DNA from: a virus
Taxonomy: Duplodnaviria; Caudoviricetes
Direction: 5' to 3' (one strand)
Length of the DNA: 62,651 nucleotides
Virus record (IMG/VR): IMGVR_UViG_3300027816_002956
Span: 1-62,651 of that record
A model generated the notes under the pieces. It saw only the letters and a list, made by a program, of their open reading frames with translations. It had not been told where the DNA came from and did not search any database. Positions 37,268-47,290 of the stretch are shown here, piece by piece; within the stretch, counting starts at the first letter, position 1; every line of letters begins with the position of its first letter. The translations under genes and the position numbers were made by a program.

Positions 37268-40200
37268 TGACAATAATTCAGATAAAGTATTCAACAGCGA
37301 ATACTGAACCAGCTAATGGACAACTATCTGCTGGAGAATTAGCTTACTCTGAAGTATCTAAAAAATTATTTATTGGTAATGATTTTGGTACTGCCAATGT
37401 TATTGGTGGCCAAAAATATATTGACCTTCTTGAATCAAATACTTCTTTTGCATCACCTGGTGCAATTGTAATTCGTGATTCTCAAGGTTCTTTTTTTGGA
37501 AATGTAATTACAGCCAATTCTTTTGTTGGTAATCTTGCTGGAAATTTAGATGGTAATGCTGCAACAGCTTCACGACTAGCAAATAACTTTACAATTACAT
37601 TGACTGGTAATGCAAACGGTAATGTAAGTCTCGATGGTTCTTCAAATGTAACTTTAAATGTTACACTTGTAAATACATCGGTTACAAGTGGTTCATACGG
37701 CAATACAAGATTTATTCCTACATTTACTGTTGGATCAGATGGTCGTATTACAGGCGTAACAAATGTCGCTATAGACTTTCCAGATTCAGCCGACTTTTCT
37801 CAAGATTCTTATAATCAAGCAAACTCTGCATATGCACATGCTAATGCAGCTTATCAAACTGCTAACACAGCAATTTACTCTAATGCACATTCTAATGCAT
37901 CATTTAATGTAGCAAATTTAGCTTTAACTACTGCAAATTCAGCATCTTCATATGCAAATAGTGGTTTTGCGGTAGCTAATGTTGCAAATATTAACGCAAT
38001 TTCGGCATCATCTTATGCCAATTCAGCATATCAAACAGCCAATTCTGCAAGTTCGTATGCAAATAGTGCCTTTATGGCCGCAAATACAGGATTATTATCA
38101 TTCAATACTGCAAATGCGGCTTTTAATACTGCAAATACAGCATTAACTACTTCTATTAATACTGCTTTATTGTTAGTAGAAATATTTGCTAATGTCACTT
38201 CGACCGAAGAATCTATTGCAACAGCTGGCAGATATGCTAATTCAGCTTATCGACATGCAAATGCTTCATTTAATACGGCAAATACTAAGTTTAATACTTC
38301 TGGTGGTACAATTTCAGGTGATGTTAATGTTACTGGTAATCTTACAGTTACAGGAAATGTAACTTATGTAGCAACAAATCAATTGAATTTAGGTGATGCA
38401 GTTATAACTTTAAATGCAGATTTAGGACAAGCTGCTTTACCAACAGAAGATGCTGGTATAGAAATAGAACGTGGTAGGTATCAAAATTCTTCCATACTTT
38501 GGAACGAAACTTTAGACCGGTGGCAGTTTACTGATAATGTTTCAACAAGTAACATAGGTTCGGCTGCGGCTGAAGTCTATGCTAATGCGGCTTATGATGC
38601 CGCCAATGCTGCATATGCTTTTGCTGGTCAAGCGACTATTGCTGTTTCAGGTTCAGCTTTAGCTGCTAACGCTGCGGGGTCATATGCTAATGCGGCATTT
38701 TTAAGAGCCAACGCTGCATTTAGTGGTACAACTGGAACACATTCTAATTCTGCATATGCTCATGCTAATGCAGCTTTTGCGGCGGCAAATTCTGCAACAC
38801 CTCAAGCCGTTCAATCAGCTTTTGATAAAGCCAATTCTGCTTTTGATGCTGCAAATAATGCTTTTATTGCAGGTGGTCAAATTGCAGGATCATATGCTAA
38901 CTCAGCATACATTCAAGCCAATGCTGCTTTTAATCGTGCTAATTCTGCCAATAACTTAGTATTAGAAACCAGAACACATGCTAATTCTGCATTTAGTGAA
39001 GCAAATAATGCTACGTTGATTGGTCTTGCTGCTTTTGCTCTTGCAAATAGTATTCAGTTTTCTCAAGGTACTGAAATTGCAACATATGCTTGGGTCAATA
39101 GTAATGCAGCTTATAATCATGCAAACGGAGCTTTTGTACAAGCTAATACCGCTAATGTACAATCTGTAGTATCGGGAATATATGCTAATGCCGCATTTGC
39201 TTTAGCTAATACAAAGTTTAATAACTCTGGTGGTACGATCTCTGGTGATGTGGTTGTTTCAGGTAATTTACGTGTAGATGGAGATAGAGCACAATTTTTC
39301 GTTTCTTCTATTTCCATTGAAGATAACTTAATTGATATTGCAACAGATCAAACTGGCGCACCATCATTAAATTCAGGCATTCGAGTTATTCGTGGTGATG
39401 AATCGCCAGTTTTATTACGTTGGAATGAATCCAACGATTATTGGCAGTTTACAAATGATGGTATATCATATTCAAATATAGGTTCTTATGCAGCCGAATC
39501 GTATGCCAACTCTGCATTTGGTGTTGCAAATACCGCCAATGCACATTCAATCTCTGCATTTAGTTTAGCAAATACAGTAAATGCAATCGCACAGGCCGCA
39601 TATGATACTGCTAACAACGCTGGTAGTAGTGCAATCTTACAAGCAGCTTTTAATACTGCTAACTCTGCTGGTTCATATGCAAATGGAGCTTTTGGTGCCG
39701 CAAATTCTGCTGGATCATTTGCAAACTCCGCACTAGGTGCCGCAACTACCGCAGATCAACGTGCTGTAACTGCTGGTGTATTTGCTAATGCTGCATTTGA
39801 AATTGCTAATGTTTCAAACGAAAAAGCTGCATCAGGTTATAGACACGCAAACGCATCTTTCAATTGGGCAAATTCTGCTTACAATGCAGCCAATTCTAAA
39901 CTTGATTTAAGTGGTGGTACTCTGACAGGACCATTGACTGTACAGGGTGGTGTGACCATCGTTGGTGGTTTACTGTATGCAAATTCAAGTACTGTAATTC
40001 TTGCAGACAATATCATAACTCTTAACGCTGCAATTGATCAGGCATCAGCACCTGCATTTAATGCTGGTATTGAAGTTGATCGTGGTACTTCAGATAATGT
40101 TGCTTTTATTTGGAATGAATCTGATGATCATTGGCAGTTTACAAATGATGGTACAAATTATATAAATGTCGCTTCTGAGGCTGCTGAATTCTATGCTAAC

Positions 40201-41019
40201 TCTGCATTTTCAAAAGGAAATGCTGCAGCTTCACACGCAACATCCGCATACGATCAGGCAAACTTATCAACAACCATAGTTCAATCGGCTTTCAATAAAG
40301 CAAACACAGGTAATATAACCGCTCAAGCTGCTTTCGATAGAGCAAATTCTGCATATGATTTGGCAAATGGAAAAAGTACCTTCTACTTCAGTTCATTCCC
40401 ACCAGGTAGTGCCAATGAAGGTGACCGTTGGATTGATGCTGATTTAGGACAAGAATTTATCTATGTGAACGATGGTGATTCTCTGCAATGGATTGAACTA
40501 TCAGCCTTTGTTGATCAGAATTTAGTAGATGATAACATTTACTATGTTTTAGGAAGTGATGATGCTGGTAGTGATTTGAATACCGTACAAAGTATTTTCG
40601 GTGTTGCTGTCAATCTGGCTGCTAATACGGTATATGAATTTGAAGCATCATTCGCACTAAAGAAAACTGGTGGTACTAATTCACACAGTTTAGGTCTTGG
40701 TTTTGCAGGTTCTATTGGTGTAAATCATATACTATATCATGTAACTCATACAAGTTCTGCATTGAATAGTCCATCAACACCAACCTTAATTATGATAAAT
40801 ACCGTATCAAACACGACAGTTTCATCGAATACCAATGTGGATAACCACAATGTGTTCTTGAAAGGAATGATTTCTGTTGGATCCGCAGGTAGTTTTGTGC
40901 CGCAATATAGATTATCGGATGCACCTGGCGCCGCATTTAGCACTTTGGCTGGATCATATTTTAAAATGGAACCAGTAGGTTCATCTAATACAAACATAAA
41001 CGTAGGATCTTGGTCTTAA
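37267..41019 (+). CDS. Long tail fibre-like protein
   Basis: IQIK....P....L..GELAY....KLFIG anchor domain, xANxAxx heptad stalks and three GG.I.G...GNL.V...D..I.LN...AGIEV.RG...WNE..D.WQFT modules. Confidence 0.8.
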   Translation: MTIIQIKYSTANTEPANGQLSAGELAYSEVSKKLFIGNDFGTANVIGGQKYIDLLESNTSFASPGAIVIRDSQGSFFGNVITANSFVGNLAGNLDGNAATASRLANNFTITLTGNANGNVSLDGSSNVTLNVTLVNTSVTSGSYGNTRFIPTFTVGSDGRITGVTNVAIDFPDSADFSQDSYNQANSAYAHANAAYQTANTAIYSNAHSNASFNVANLALTTANSASSYANSGFAVANVANINAISASSYANSAYQTANSASSYANSAFMAANTGLLSFNTANAAFNTANTALTTSINTALLLVEIFANVTSTEESIATAGRYANSAYRHANASFNTANTKFNTSGGTISGDVNVTGNLTVTGNVTYVATNQLNLGDAVITLNADLGQAALPTEDAGIEIERGRYQNSSILWNETLDRWQFTDNVSTSNIGSAAAEVYANAAYDAANAAYAFAGQATIAVSGSALAANAAGSYANAAFLRANAAFSGTTGTHSNSAYAHANAAFAAANSATPQAVQSAFDKANSAFDAANNAFIAGGQIAGSYANSAYIQANAAFNRANSANNLVLETRTHANSAFSEANNATLIGLAAFALANSIQFSQGTEIATYAWVNSNAAYNHANGAFVQANTANVQSVVSGIYANAAFALANTKFNNSGGTISGDVVVSGNLRVDGDRAQFFVSSISIEDNLIDIATDQTGAPSLNSGIRVIRGDESPVLLRWNESNDYWQFTNDGISYSNIGSYAAESYANSAFGVANTANAHSISAFSLANTVNAIAQAAYDTANNAGSSAILQAAFNTANSAGSYANGAFGAANSAGSFANSALGAATTADQRAVTAGVFANAAFEIANVSNEKAASGYRHANASFNWANSAYNAANSKLDLSGGTLTGPLTVQGGVTIVGGLLYANSSTVILADNIITLNAAIDQASAPAFNAGIEVDRGTSDNVAFIWNESDDHWQFTNDGTNYINVASEAAEFYANSAFSKGNAAASHATSAYDQANLSTTIVQSAFNKANTGNITAQAAFDRANSAYDLANGKSTFYFSSFPPGSANEGDRWIDADLGQEFIYVNDGDSLQWIELSAFVDQNLVDDNIYYVLGSDDAGSDLNTVQSIFGVAVNLAANTVYEFEASFALKKTGGTNSHSLGLGFAGSIGVNHILYHVTHTSSALNSPSTPTLIMINTVSNTTVSSNTNVDNHNVFLKGMISVGSAGSFVPQYRLSDAPGAAFSTLAGSYFKMEPVGSSNTNINVGSWS

Positions 41020-41036
41020 AATAACGAGAGAAAAAT

Positions 41037-42959
41037 ATGCCAACAATTAATTTTCCAACCGGTCCAACCCTAAATGACGAATATTCCTTCGGTGGTAAAA
41101 CGTGGAAGTATAACGGTACTGCATGGGAATTAATTTCTACCGGTGTAACCTCAACAATACGACTACATGCAAATGCAGCCTTTGAAGCGGCCAATACCGC
41201 AGATCAAAAAGGAGTAAGTGCAGGTAGTTACGCAAATAGTGCCTTTACTAAGGCCAATAGTGCAACTACTTTAGCGCAAGCTGCGTTTGATGCAGCTAAC
41301 GTTGGTGCGAGTGTCGTTGCAGCTGCGGCTTTTAATGCGGCAAATTTAGCTTCTTCTAATGCGGCTAGTGCTAGTTCATATGCAAATAGTGCTTTCTTAG
41401 CCGCAAATACAGCCGATCAAAGAGCAGTAACTTCTGGATCATACGCTAATTCAGCATTTGGTGTTGCCAACTCAGCATCTTCATATGCAAATGGTGCCTT
41501 TGCAGCTGCCAATACAGCTGATCAAAGAGCAGTAACTTCTGGTGACTATGCTAACTCAGCTTTTGGTGTTGCCAACTCAGCATCTTCATACGCCAATGGT
41601 GCCTTTGCAGCTGCTAATACCGCAGACCAAAGAGCAGTAACATCAGGTACATATGCCAATGCGGCCTTTGCTGCTGCCAATACAGCAGATCAGAAAGCAA
41701 CTTCAGCGGGATCATATGCTAATGGTGCTTTTGCTGAAGCCAATCTTAAATTTAATACTTCTGGTGGTACAATCTCTGGTGATGTAACGATTACTGGTAA
41801 CTTAACAGTTGAAGGCAATACTTTAATTGTTAATGTATCTACATTGGCTGTTGAAGATTCATTAATTCAATTAGCTCGCAATAACATTTCTGATGCAGTA
41901 GACATTGGTTTCTTAGGCCACTATGATGCTGGTTCTGGTAATGTTCATGCTGGTCTTATTCGCCGAGCAGCTGACGATAAATTCTATCTCTTTGAAAATT
42001 TACCAACAGAAACATTAACAAATGTTGTTGATGTTGCTAATGCTTCAATTGCAACAATTTATGCAAATGTAATTGCAACATCTATTTTATTAAGAGATAA
42101 TGATCCATTAACACAAGCAAACGCCGCTTTTGCAGCTGCCAATGTTGCTGATCAAAGAGCAGTTACATCTGGATCATATGCGAATAGTGCCTATGCAGCT
42201 GCTAATACCGCAGATGAGAAAGCAACTTCGGCAGGATCATATGCTAATGGTGCTTTCTTAGCGGCTAATACCGCAGACCAAAGAGCAGTAACATCAGGTA
42301 CATATGCCAATGCATCCTTTGATGTTGCTAATTCGGCGTCTAGTTATGCTAACGGTGCATTTTCAGCTGCTAATACAGCTGATCAACGAGCAGTAACATC
42401 AGGTACATATGCTAACTCAGCATTTTCTGCGGCTAATTCTGCCAGCTCATATGCAAATGGAGCGTTTCTCGCTGCTAATACCGCAGACCAAAGAGCGGTA
42501 ACTTCAGGTGATTATGCAAATTCTGCTTACGCATGGGCAAATGCGGCTTACAATGCTGCGAATAATGCGTTTACTGCTGGTGGCACAATCGCAGGTTCTT
42601 ATGCTAACTCTGCGTTTATTAAGGCCAACTCTGCATTTGATGCTGCAAACTCTGCTGCTTCTAATGCTGCAAGTGCTTCAAGTTATGCTAATGGTGCCTT
42701 TGCAGCCGCTAATACTGCTGACCAACGTGCAGTAACAAGTGGAACATATGCTAATGCTGCATATCAAACTGCCAATTCAGCATCTTCATATGCTAACGGT
42801 GCTTTTGCATCTGCTAATAGTAAAGTTAGATTCTACTACCAAGATACTCCGCCAAGTGGAGTTAACGCAGGAGATCAATGGTATGAATCTGATTCAGCAA
42901 TTTTATTCACTTACATAAATGATGGTGATACTTCGCAATGGGTACAAGTTAGTCTGTAA
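41037..42959 (+). CDS. Fibre-like protein with Ala/Asn heptad repeats
   Basis: INFPTGPTLNDEY...KTWKYNGTAW N-terminus, many ANTADQRAVTSG.YANSAF repeats and a central DIGFLGHY module. Confidence 0.8.
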   Translation: MPTINFPTGPTLNDEYSFGGKTWKYNGTAWELISTGVTSTIRLHANAAFEAANTADQKGVSAGSYANSAFTKANSATTLAQAAFDAANVGASVVAAAAFNAANLASSNAASASSYANSAFLAANTADQRAVTSGSYANSAFGVANSASSYANGAFAAANTADQRAVTSGDYANSAFGVANSASSYANGAFAAANTADQRAVTSGTYANAAFAAANTADQKATSAGSYANGAFAEANLKFNTSGGTISGDVTITGNLTVEGNTLIVNVSTLAVEDSLIQLARNNISDAVDIGFLGHYDAGSGNVHAGLIRRAADDKFYLFENLPTETLTNVVDVANASIATIYANVIATSILLRDNDPLTQANAAFAAANVADQRAVTSGSYANSAYAAANTADEKATSAGSYANGAFLAANTADQRAVTSGTYANASFDVANSASSYANGAFSAANTADQRAVTSGTYANSAFSAANSASSYANGAFLAANTADQRAVTSGDYANSAYAWANAAYNAANNAFTAGGTIAGSYANSAFIKANSAFDAANSAASNAASASSYANGAFAAANTADQRAVTSGTYANAAYQTANSASSYANGAFASANSKVRFYYQDTPPSGVNAGDQWYESDSAILFTYINDGDTSQWVQVSL

Positions 42960-42988
42960 CGGACTAATTGAAGGGTGTGTGTTAGATA

Positions 42989-45004
42989 ATGCCAAGTATA
43001 AACTTTCCTACAAGTCCAGCTTTAAACGACCAGTATTCGTTTGAAGGTAAAACCTGGACTTATAATGGAACAGCATGGGTATTAACATCTAGTCCTACAA
43101 CGATTAGATTGGATTCGGCTTTCTCTAAAGCCAATGGTGCCTATCTTCATGCAAATGCGGCATTTGATACTGCCAATAATTCTAATGGTGTTCTTGCACT
43201 ATCTACAGCAAATTCTGCCTTAAACTTATCTTCTTTTGCGGCAAATACTGCAAACGCAGCCTCAAATACTGCAAACATCGCTAATAATACTGCGAACGTA
43301 GCAATACTAGTTGCTCATACAGCAAATGTTACGGCTCAAATAGCATATACACATGCAAATGCATCATTTAATGCTGCAAATTTATCTTTTACTAATAGTG
43401 TAGTTGCTGAATCATTTGCCGCTGAAGCATTGAGTGGAGTATATTTTGCTTTTACTCATGCAAACTCAGCATATGACAAAGCAAATTCTGCAAATGTACT
43501 AGCACAAGCTGCCTTTAATGCAGCTAATACTGGTGCTCCAGATTCTTGGGCTAGAAGTTCTGCTAATTCAGCATCTTCATATGCTAATGGAGCTTTCACC
43601 AAAGCCAATTCTGCAAATGTATTGGCTCAAGCTGCTTTTGATGCAGCCAATAATGCAACTGATACATGGGTAAGAAATGCTACAAATGCGGCCAGTTCTT
43701 ATGCCAACTCGGCATATCAAACTGCTAATAGTGGTTCATCTTATGCTAATGGTGCCTTTGCGGCAGCTAACACAAAATATAGTTCTTCTGGTGGTACAAT
43801 CTCTGGTGATGTAACGATTACAGGTAATTTAACGATTGAAGGTAATACAGTAATAGTTAATGTGTCTACATTGGCTGTTGAAGATTCTTTAATACAACTT
43901 GCAAAAAATAATACTTCAGATGCAGTAGACATTGGATTTTTAGGGCATTATAATACTGGTTCTGGTAATATTCATACAGGTCTTATTCGGCATGCTTCAG
44001 ATGATACTTATTATTTGTTTGATAATTATCCAATTGAACCAACTACAAATGTAATTGATACTTCAAATGCTCAATTTAGAATTGCAACACTTAAAGCAAA
44101 TTTAATCTCTGATGTTTTAACCATACGTGGTTATGATCCCCTAAATCATGCAAATAATGCTTATCAAGCGGCTAACTCTGCTGGTTCTTATGCAAATTCA
44201 GCCTTTGAAGCTGCCAATAATGCTACAGATACTTGGGTAAGACAAGCTGCCAATTCAGCATCTTCATATGCTAACGGTGCTTTTGCAGCCGCAAACGTTG
44301 CGGATCAACGAGCTTTAACTTCTGGATCTTATGCAAATAGTTCTTACCTTCATGCAAATGCAGCCTTCAATGCAGCTAATAATGCTACTGACAGTTGGGT
44401 AAGAGATGCGGCTAATAGTGCTAGTTCTTACGCTAACGGTGCTTTTGCAGCCGCCAATACGGCCGATCAAAGAGCAGTAACATCTGGTTCTTATGCGAAT
44501 AGTTCTTTCTTAAAAGCTAATTCTGCAAACGTATTGGCTCAGGCTGCTTTTGATGCAGCTAATAATGCTGTAGATACTTGGGTTCGTGATGCTGCAAATA
44601 GTGCTTCTAGTTACGCTAACGGTGCATTTACAAAAGCCAATTCTTCAAATGTTTTGGCTCAGGCTGCTTTTGATGCAGCCAATAATGCTACAGATACTTG
44701 GGTAAGACAAGCTGCCAATTCAGCATCTAGTTATGCAAATGGTGCCTTCGCAGTTGCTAATACAGCCGACCAAAAAGCAGTCACATCGGGCACTTATGCT
44801 AATGCTTCTTATATTCACGCTAATGCTGCTTTCAATGCGGCCAACACGGCAGTATCAGGTACAATAGATGTATATGCAAGAAATCATGCAAATGCCGCAT
44901 ATGATAAAGCTAATACGGCACCAACCCCTGTAAGCGGTATTTTTGATTACGGATTAGTAACAGAAGTAACAAGTTATACAGCTTACGATTATGGAACACT
45001 ATAA
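42989..45004 (+). CDS. Fibre-like protein, paralog of 41037-42959
   Basis: Same N-terminus (INFPTSPALNDQYSFEGKTWTYNGTAW) and DIGFLGHY module; TDTWVR-punctuated heptads; ends FDYG...YDYGTL. Confidence 0.8.
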   Translation: MPSINFPTSPALNDQYSFEGKTWTYNGTAWVLTSSPTTIRLDSAFSKANGAYLHANAAFDTANNSNGVLALSTANSALNLSSFAANTANAASNTANIANNTANVAILVAHTANVTAQIAYTHANASFNAANLSFTNSVVAESFAAEALSGVYFAFTHANSAYDKANSANVLAQAAFNAANTGAPDSWARSSANSASSYANGAFTKANSANVLAQAAFDAANNATDTWVRNATNAASSYANSAYQTANSGSSYANGAFAAANTKYSSSGGTISGDVTITGNLTIEGNTVIVNVSTLAVEDSLIQLAKNNTSDAVDIGFLGHYNTGSGNIHTGLIRHASDDTYYLFDNYPIEPTTNVIDTSNAQFRIATLKANLISDVLTIRGYDPLNHANNAYQAANSAGSYANSAFEAANNATDTWVRQAANSASSYANGAFAAANVADQRALTSGSYANSSYLHANAAFNAANNATDSWVRDAANSASSYANGAFAAANTADQRAVTSGSYANSSFLKANSANVLAQAAFDAANNAVDTWVRDAANSASSYANGAFTKANSSNVLAQAAFDAANNATDTWVRQAANSASSYANGAFAVANTADQKAVTSGTYANASYIHANAAFNAANTAVSGTIDVYARNHANAAYDKANTAPTPVSGIFDYGLVTEVTSYTAYDYGTL

Positions 45005-45007
45005 ATA
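45000..45007 (+). promoter_or_regulatory. T4-type late promoter (perfect TATAAATA)
   Basis: Lies 5 nt upstream of the ATG at 45013. Confidence 0.75.
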
Positions 45008-45012
45008 GAACT

Positions 45013-46941
45013 ATGGCTATAACAGTACAACATCGCAGAGGTAATACAGCACAAACCGCATCTTTTACTGGTGCTCTTGCTGAACTTACCGTAGATACAG
45101 ATAAAAAAGTAGTAGTTGTCCATGATGGTACAACTGCTGGTGGATTTGCACTTGCTAGGGAAACAGCAGTAACATCTACTGGTAATTATGCAAATTCTTC
45201 ATACATTCACGCAAATGCAGCTTTTGATTTTGCAAATACATTAGTTGTTTCTGGTGGAGCAATTGATAATACTGCAAGAGCGTTAGCCAATGCAGCACAG
45301 ATTCATGCTCAAGGTGCCTTTGAGTTAGCAAATTCTATAGATTCTTTTGTAACATTTTCAGCAAATGGAACAAACGTTGTTGCTGATGCAAGAAATGATA
45401 CAATCACATTAACACCTGCAAACGGTGTCACTCTATTAGCAAATGCCACAGCAGATGGAATTACATTTGGCCTTACAGAACTTGCACAAGGTAATACAGG
45501 ATCACAAGTTTTCGTTGCACCAAATGGTGATGACAGTAATGACGGTTTAGCATTTAGTAGACCAAAGAGAACGATTCGAGCAGCTATGAATGCTGCAAAA
45601 CCTTTTCAACAAGTTACTATTGCATCTGGCATATATGAGGAAGTTACACCAATTATTGTGCCACAATTCGTTCAAGTAAAAGGTGATGGTGAAAGAACTT
45701 GCGTAATCAAACCTGCAAATACAAGTAAAGATGTATTTTGGGTTAACAATGGATGTTGGATTAGTGGTCTTAAATTTGAAGGGTATTTGGCAAATGGAGT
45801 TGCTTTCCCGGCCGAAACCATTTCTTCGAATACTGCTCAGTCTGGTGGTGCATCAACAATTACACTTGCAACGAGTGAAGAAACATTAAGTGATTATTAT
45901 AAAGATATGGAAATTACCATCACAAGTGGTACAGGTTCCGGTCAAACAAAAACAGTTAGTGCTTATAACGGATCGACAAAAGTTATTACTGCAAATTCTG
46001 CTTGGGCAACACAACCAGATAATACATCGGTATATGCAATTAAGATTCCATTAAGAACATCACCTGCAGCCAATACTGCAAGATGGTCAACATATATTAC
46101 TGCATCACCATATGTTTATGTTTGTTCTTCTGGTACAACAACAGGCACAGGCCTTCGTGTGGATGGTTCAAGAGCAACAGGTAATAAAAGTATGGTGTCT
46201 GCTCAGTTTACACAAATTAATATTGGCGGAAAAGGTTTTCATGTTTCAAATGATGGCTATGCACAGTTGGTTTCCATATATGCAATTTTCTGCGATACTG
46301 GATTCTTAGCAGATAGTGGTGGTACTGCTTCAATGGGTAACTGTAACGTCAACTTTGGTAATAAAGGCTTAGTTGCAAATGGTAAAGGTGCCTTAGCAAT
46401 GTCTGCCACATTTAACGGCGCAACTTCGATAGGATCATTTACAGCCAATCTAAATAATGTGGCAGCAAATACAGACCCTTATTTCAATATTTCTGCCACA
46501 GAACCATATGTTGGTTTAATTGGAATTGTAAATGGTGATACATCAGGAACATATTACTATGTTACAAGTTCAACACCAATTGCTGGTGGTCAAACGATTG
46601 TAACATTTAGAGAATCACTTGATAATGTATTCTCAAACGGAACAACAATTAATTTTTATCAACAAAGTCAACTTAGAGCTTCAGGACAAACTTTTGAATT
46701 TGTTGGTGCAGGAACAAGTTTAAGTACCGCATTACCAAGAAATGGTGGTGTGCCAAATACTCAATTACAAATTATAAGGCAAAATGAAGGTGCTGTGTTC
46801 TGTACATCAACCGATCAAGACGGTAATTTTTTAGTATCAGACTTGACAATTGACCAAGCAACAGGTACAATTTCAGGTACAACATTTTCCAAGAGTTTGT
46901 TTGCTCAGATGACACCATTCATACTTGCACTAGAAGGCTAA
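45013..46941 (+). CDS. Tailspike-like protein: Mtd-type N-terminal anchor plus pectin-lyase-like beta-helix
   Basis: VQHRRG.TAQ...FTGA.AELTVDTDKK.VVVHDG.TAGG (major tropism determinant N-terminal motif); VFVAPNGDDSNDG....PKRTIRAA...I.SG.YEE (beta-helix cap). Confidence 0.72.
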   Translation: MAITVQHRRGNTAQTASFTGALAELTVDTDKKVVVVHDGTTAGGFALARETAVTSTGNYANSSYIHANAAFDFANTLVVSGGAIDNTARALANAAQIHAQGAFELANSIDSFVTFSANGTNVVADARNDTITLTPANGVTLLANATADGITFGLTELAQGNTGSQVFVAPNGDDSNDGLAFSRPKRTIRAAMNAAKPFQQVTIASGIYEEVTPIIVPQFVQVKGDGERTCVIKPANTSKDVFWVNNGCWISGLKFEGYLANGVAFPAETISSNTAQSGGASTITLATSEETLSDYYKDMEITITSGTGSGQTKTVSAYNGSTKVITANSAWATQPDNTSVYAIKIPLRTSPAANTARWSTYITASPYVYVCSSGTTTGTGLRVDGSRATGNKSMVSAQFTQINIGGKGFHVSNDGYAQLVSIYAIFCDTGFLADSGGTASMGNCNVNFGNKGLVANGKGALAMSATFNGATSIGSFTANLNNVAANTDPYFNISATEPYVGLIGIVNGDTSGTYYYVTSSTPIAGGQTIVTFRESLDNVFSNGTTINFYQQSQLRASGQTFEFVGAGTSLSTALPRNGGVPNTQLQIIRQNEGAVFCTSTDQDGNFLVSDLTIDQATGTISGTTFSKSLFAQMTPFILALEG

Positions 46942-46944
46942 ATA
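46937..46944 (+). promoter_or_regulatory. Possible late promoter variant (GCTAAATA)
   Basis: Lies 4 nt upstream of the ATG at 46949, the same geometry as the other late sites. Confidence 0.45.
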
Positions 46945-46948
46945 AAAA

Positions 46949-47290
46949 ATGGCACAAAATATTCCTTTAAATACTTTTAAAACCGTTGCATTACCGGTGA
47001 CAACAGTAGCAAATACTGTTTATACATGCCCAGCAGGTGTGACTACTGTTGTTCTTCTTGCTCAAGTTTCTAATATTAATACTTCAAGTACAGTAGATGT
47101 TACTGCTTCACATGTTAGAAATGGTAACACAACAAGATTAATTGCAAACACCGCAATACCTGTTGAGGATGCAGCATCGTTGCTGTTAGGTAAATTAGTT
47201 TTAGAAACAGGTGATGGATTTTCGATTTCAGCAAGTGCAAATGGAAGCGCAGAATTAGCATTATCAATACTAGAAACTTCAAATGGCTAA
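46949..47290 (+). CDS. Small beta-sandwich virion protein
   Basis: NTFKT...VYTCP...VVLLAQVSN...GKLVLETGD...LSILE, a family I recognise from phage tail regions. Confidence 0.7.
   Translation: MAQNIPLNTFKTVALPVTTVANTVYTCPAGVTTVVLLAQVSNINTSSTVDVTASHVRNGNTTRLIANTAIPVEDAASLLLGKLVLETGDGFSISASANGSAELALSILETSNG

Noticed and set aside
45013-45160. Diversity-generating retroelement suggested by the Mtd-like N-terminus
   Set aside because: Only the anchor domain matches; I saw no reverse transcriptase, C-type lectin variable region or adenine-specific TR/VR pair.
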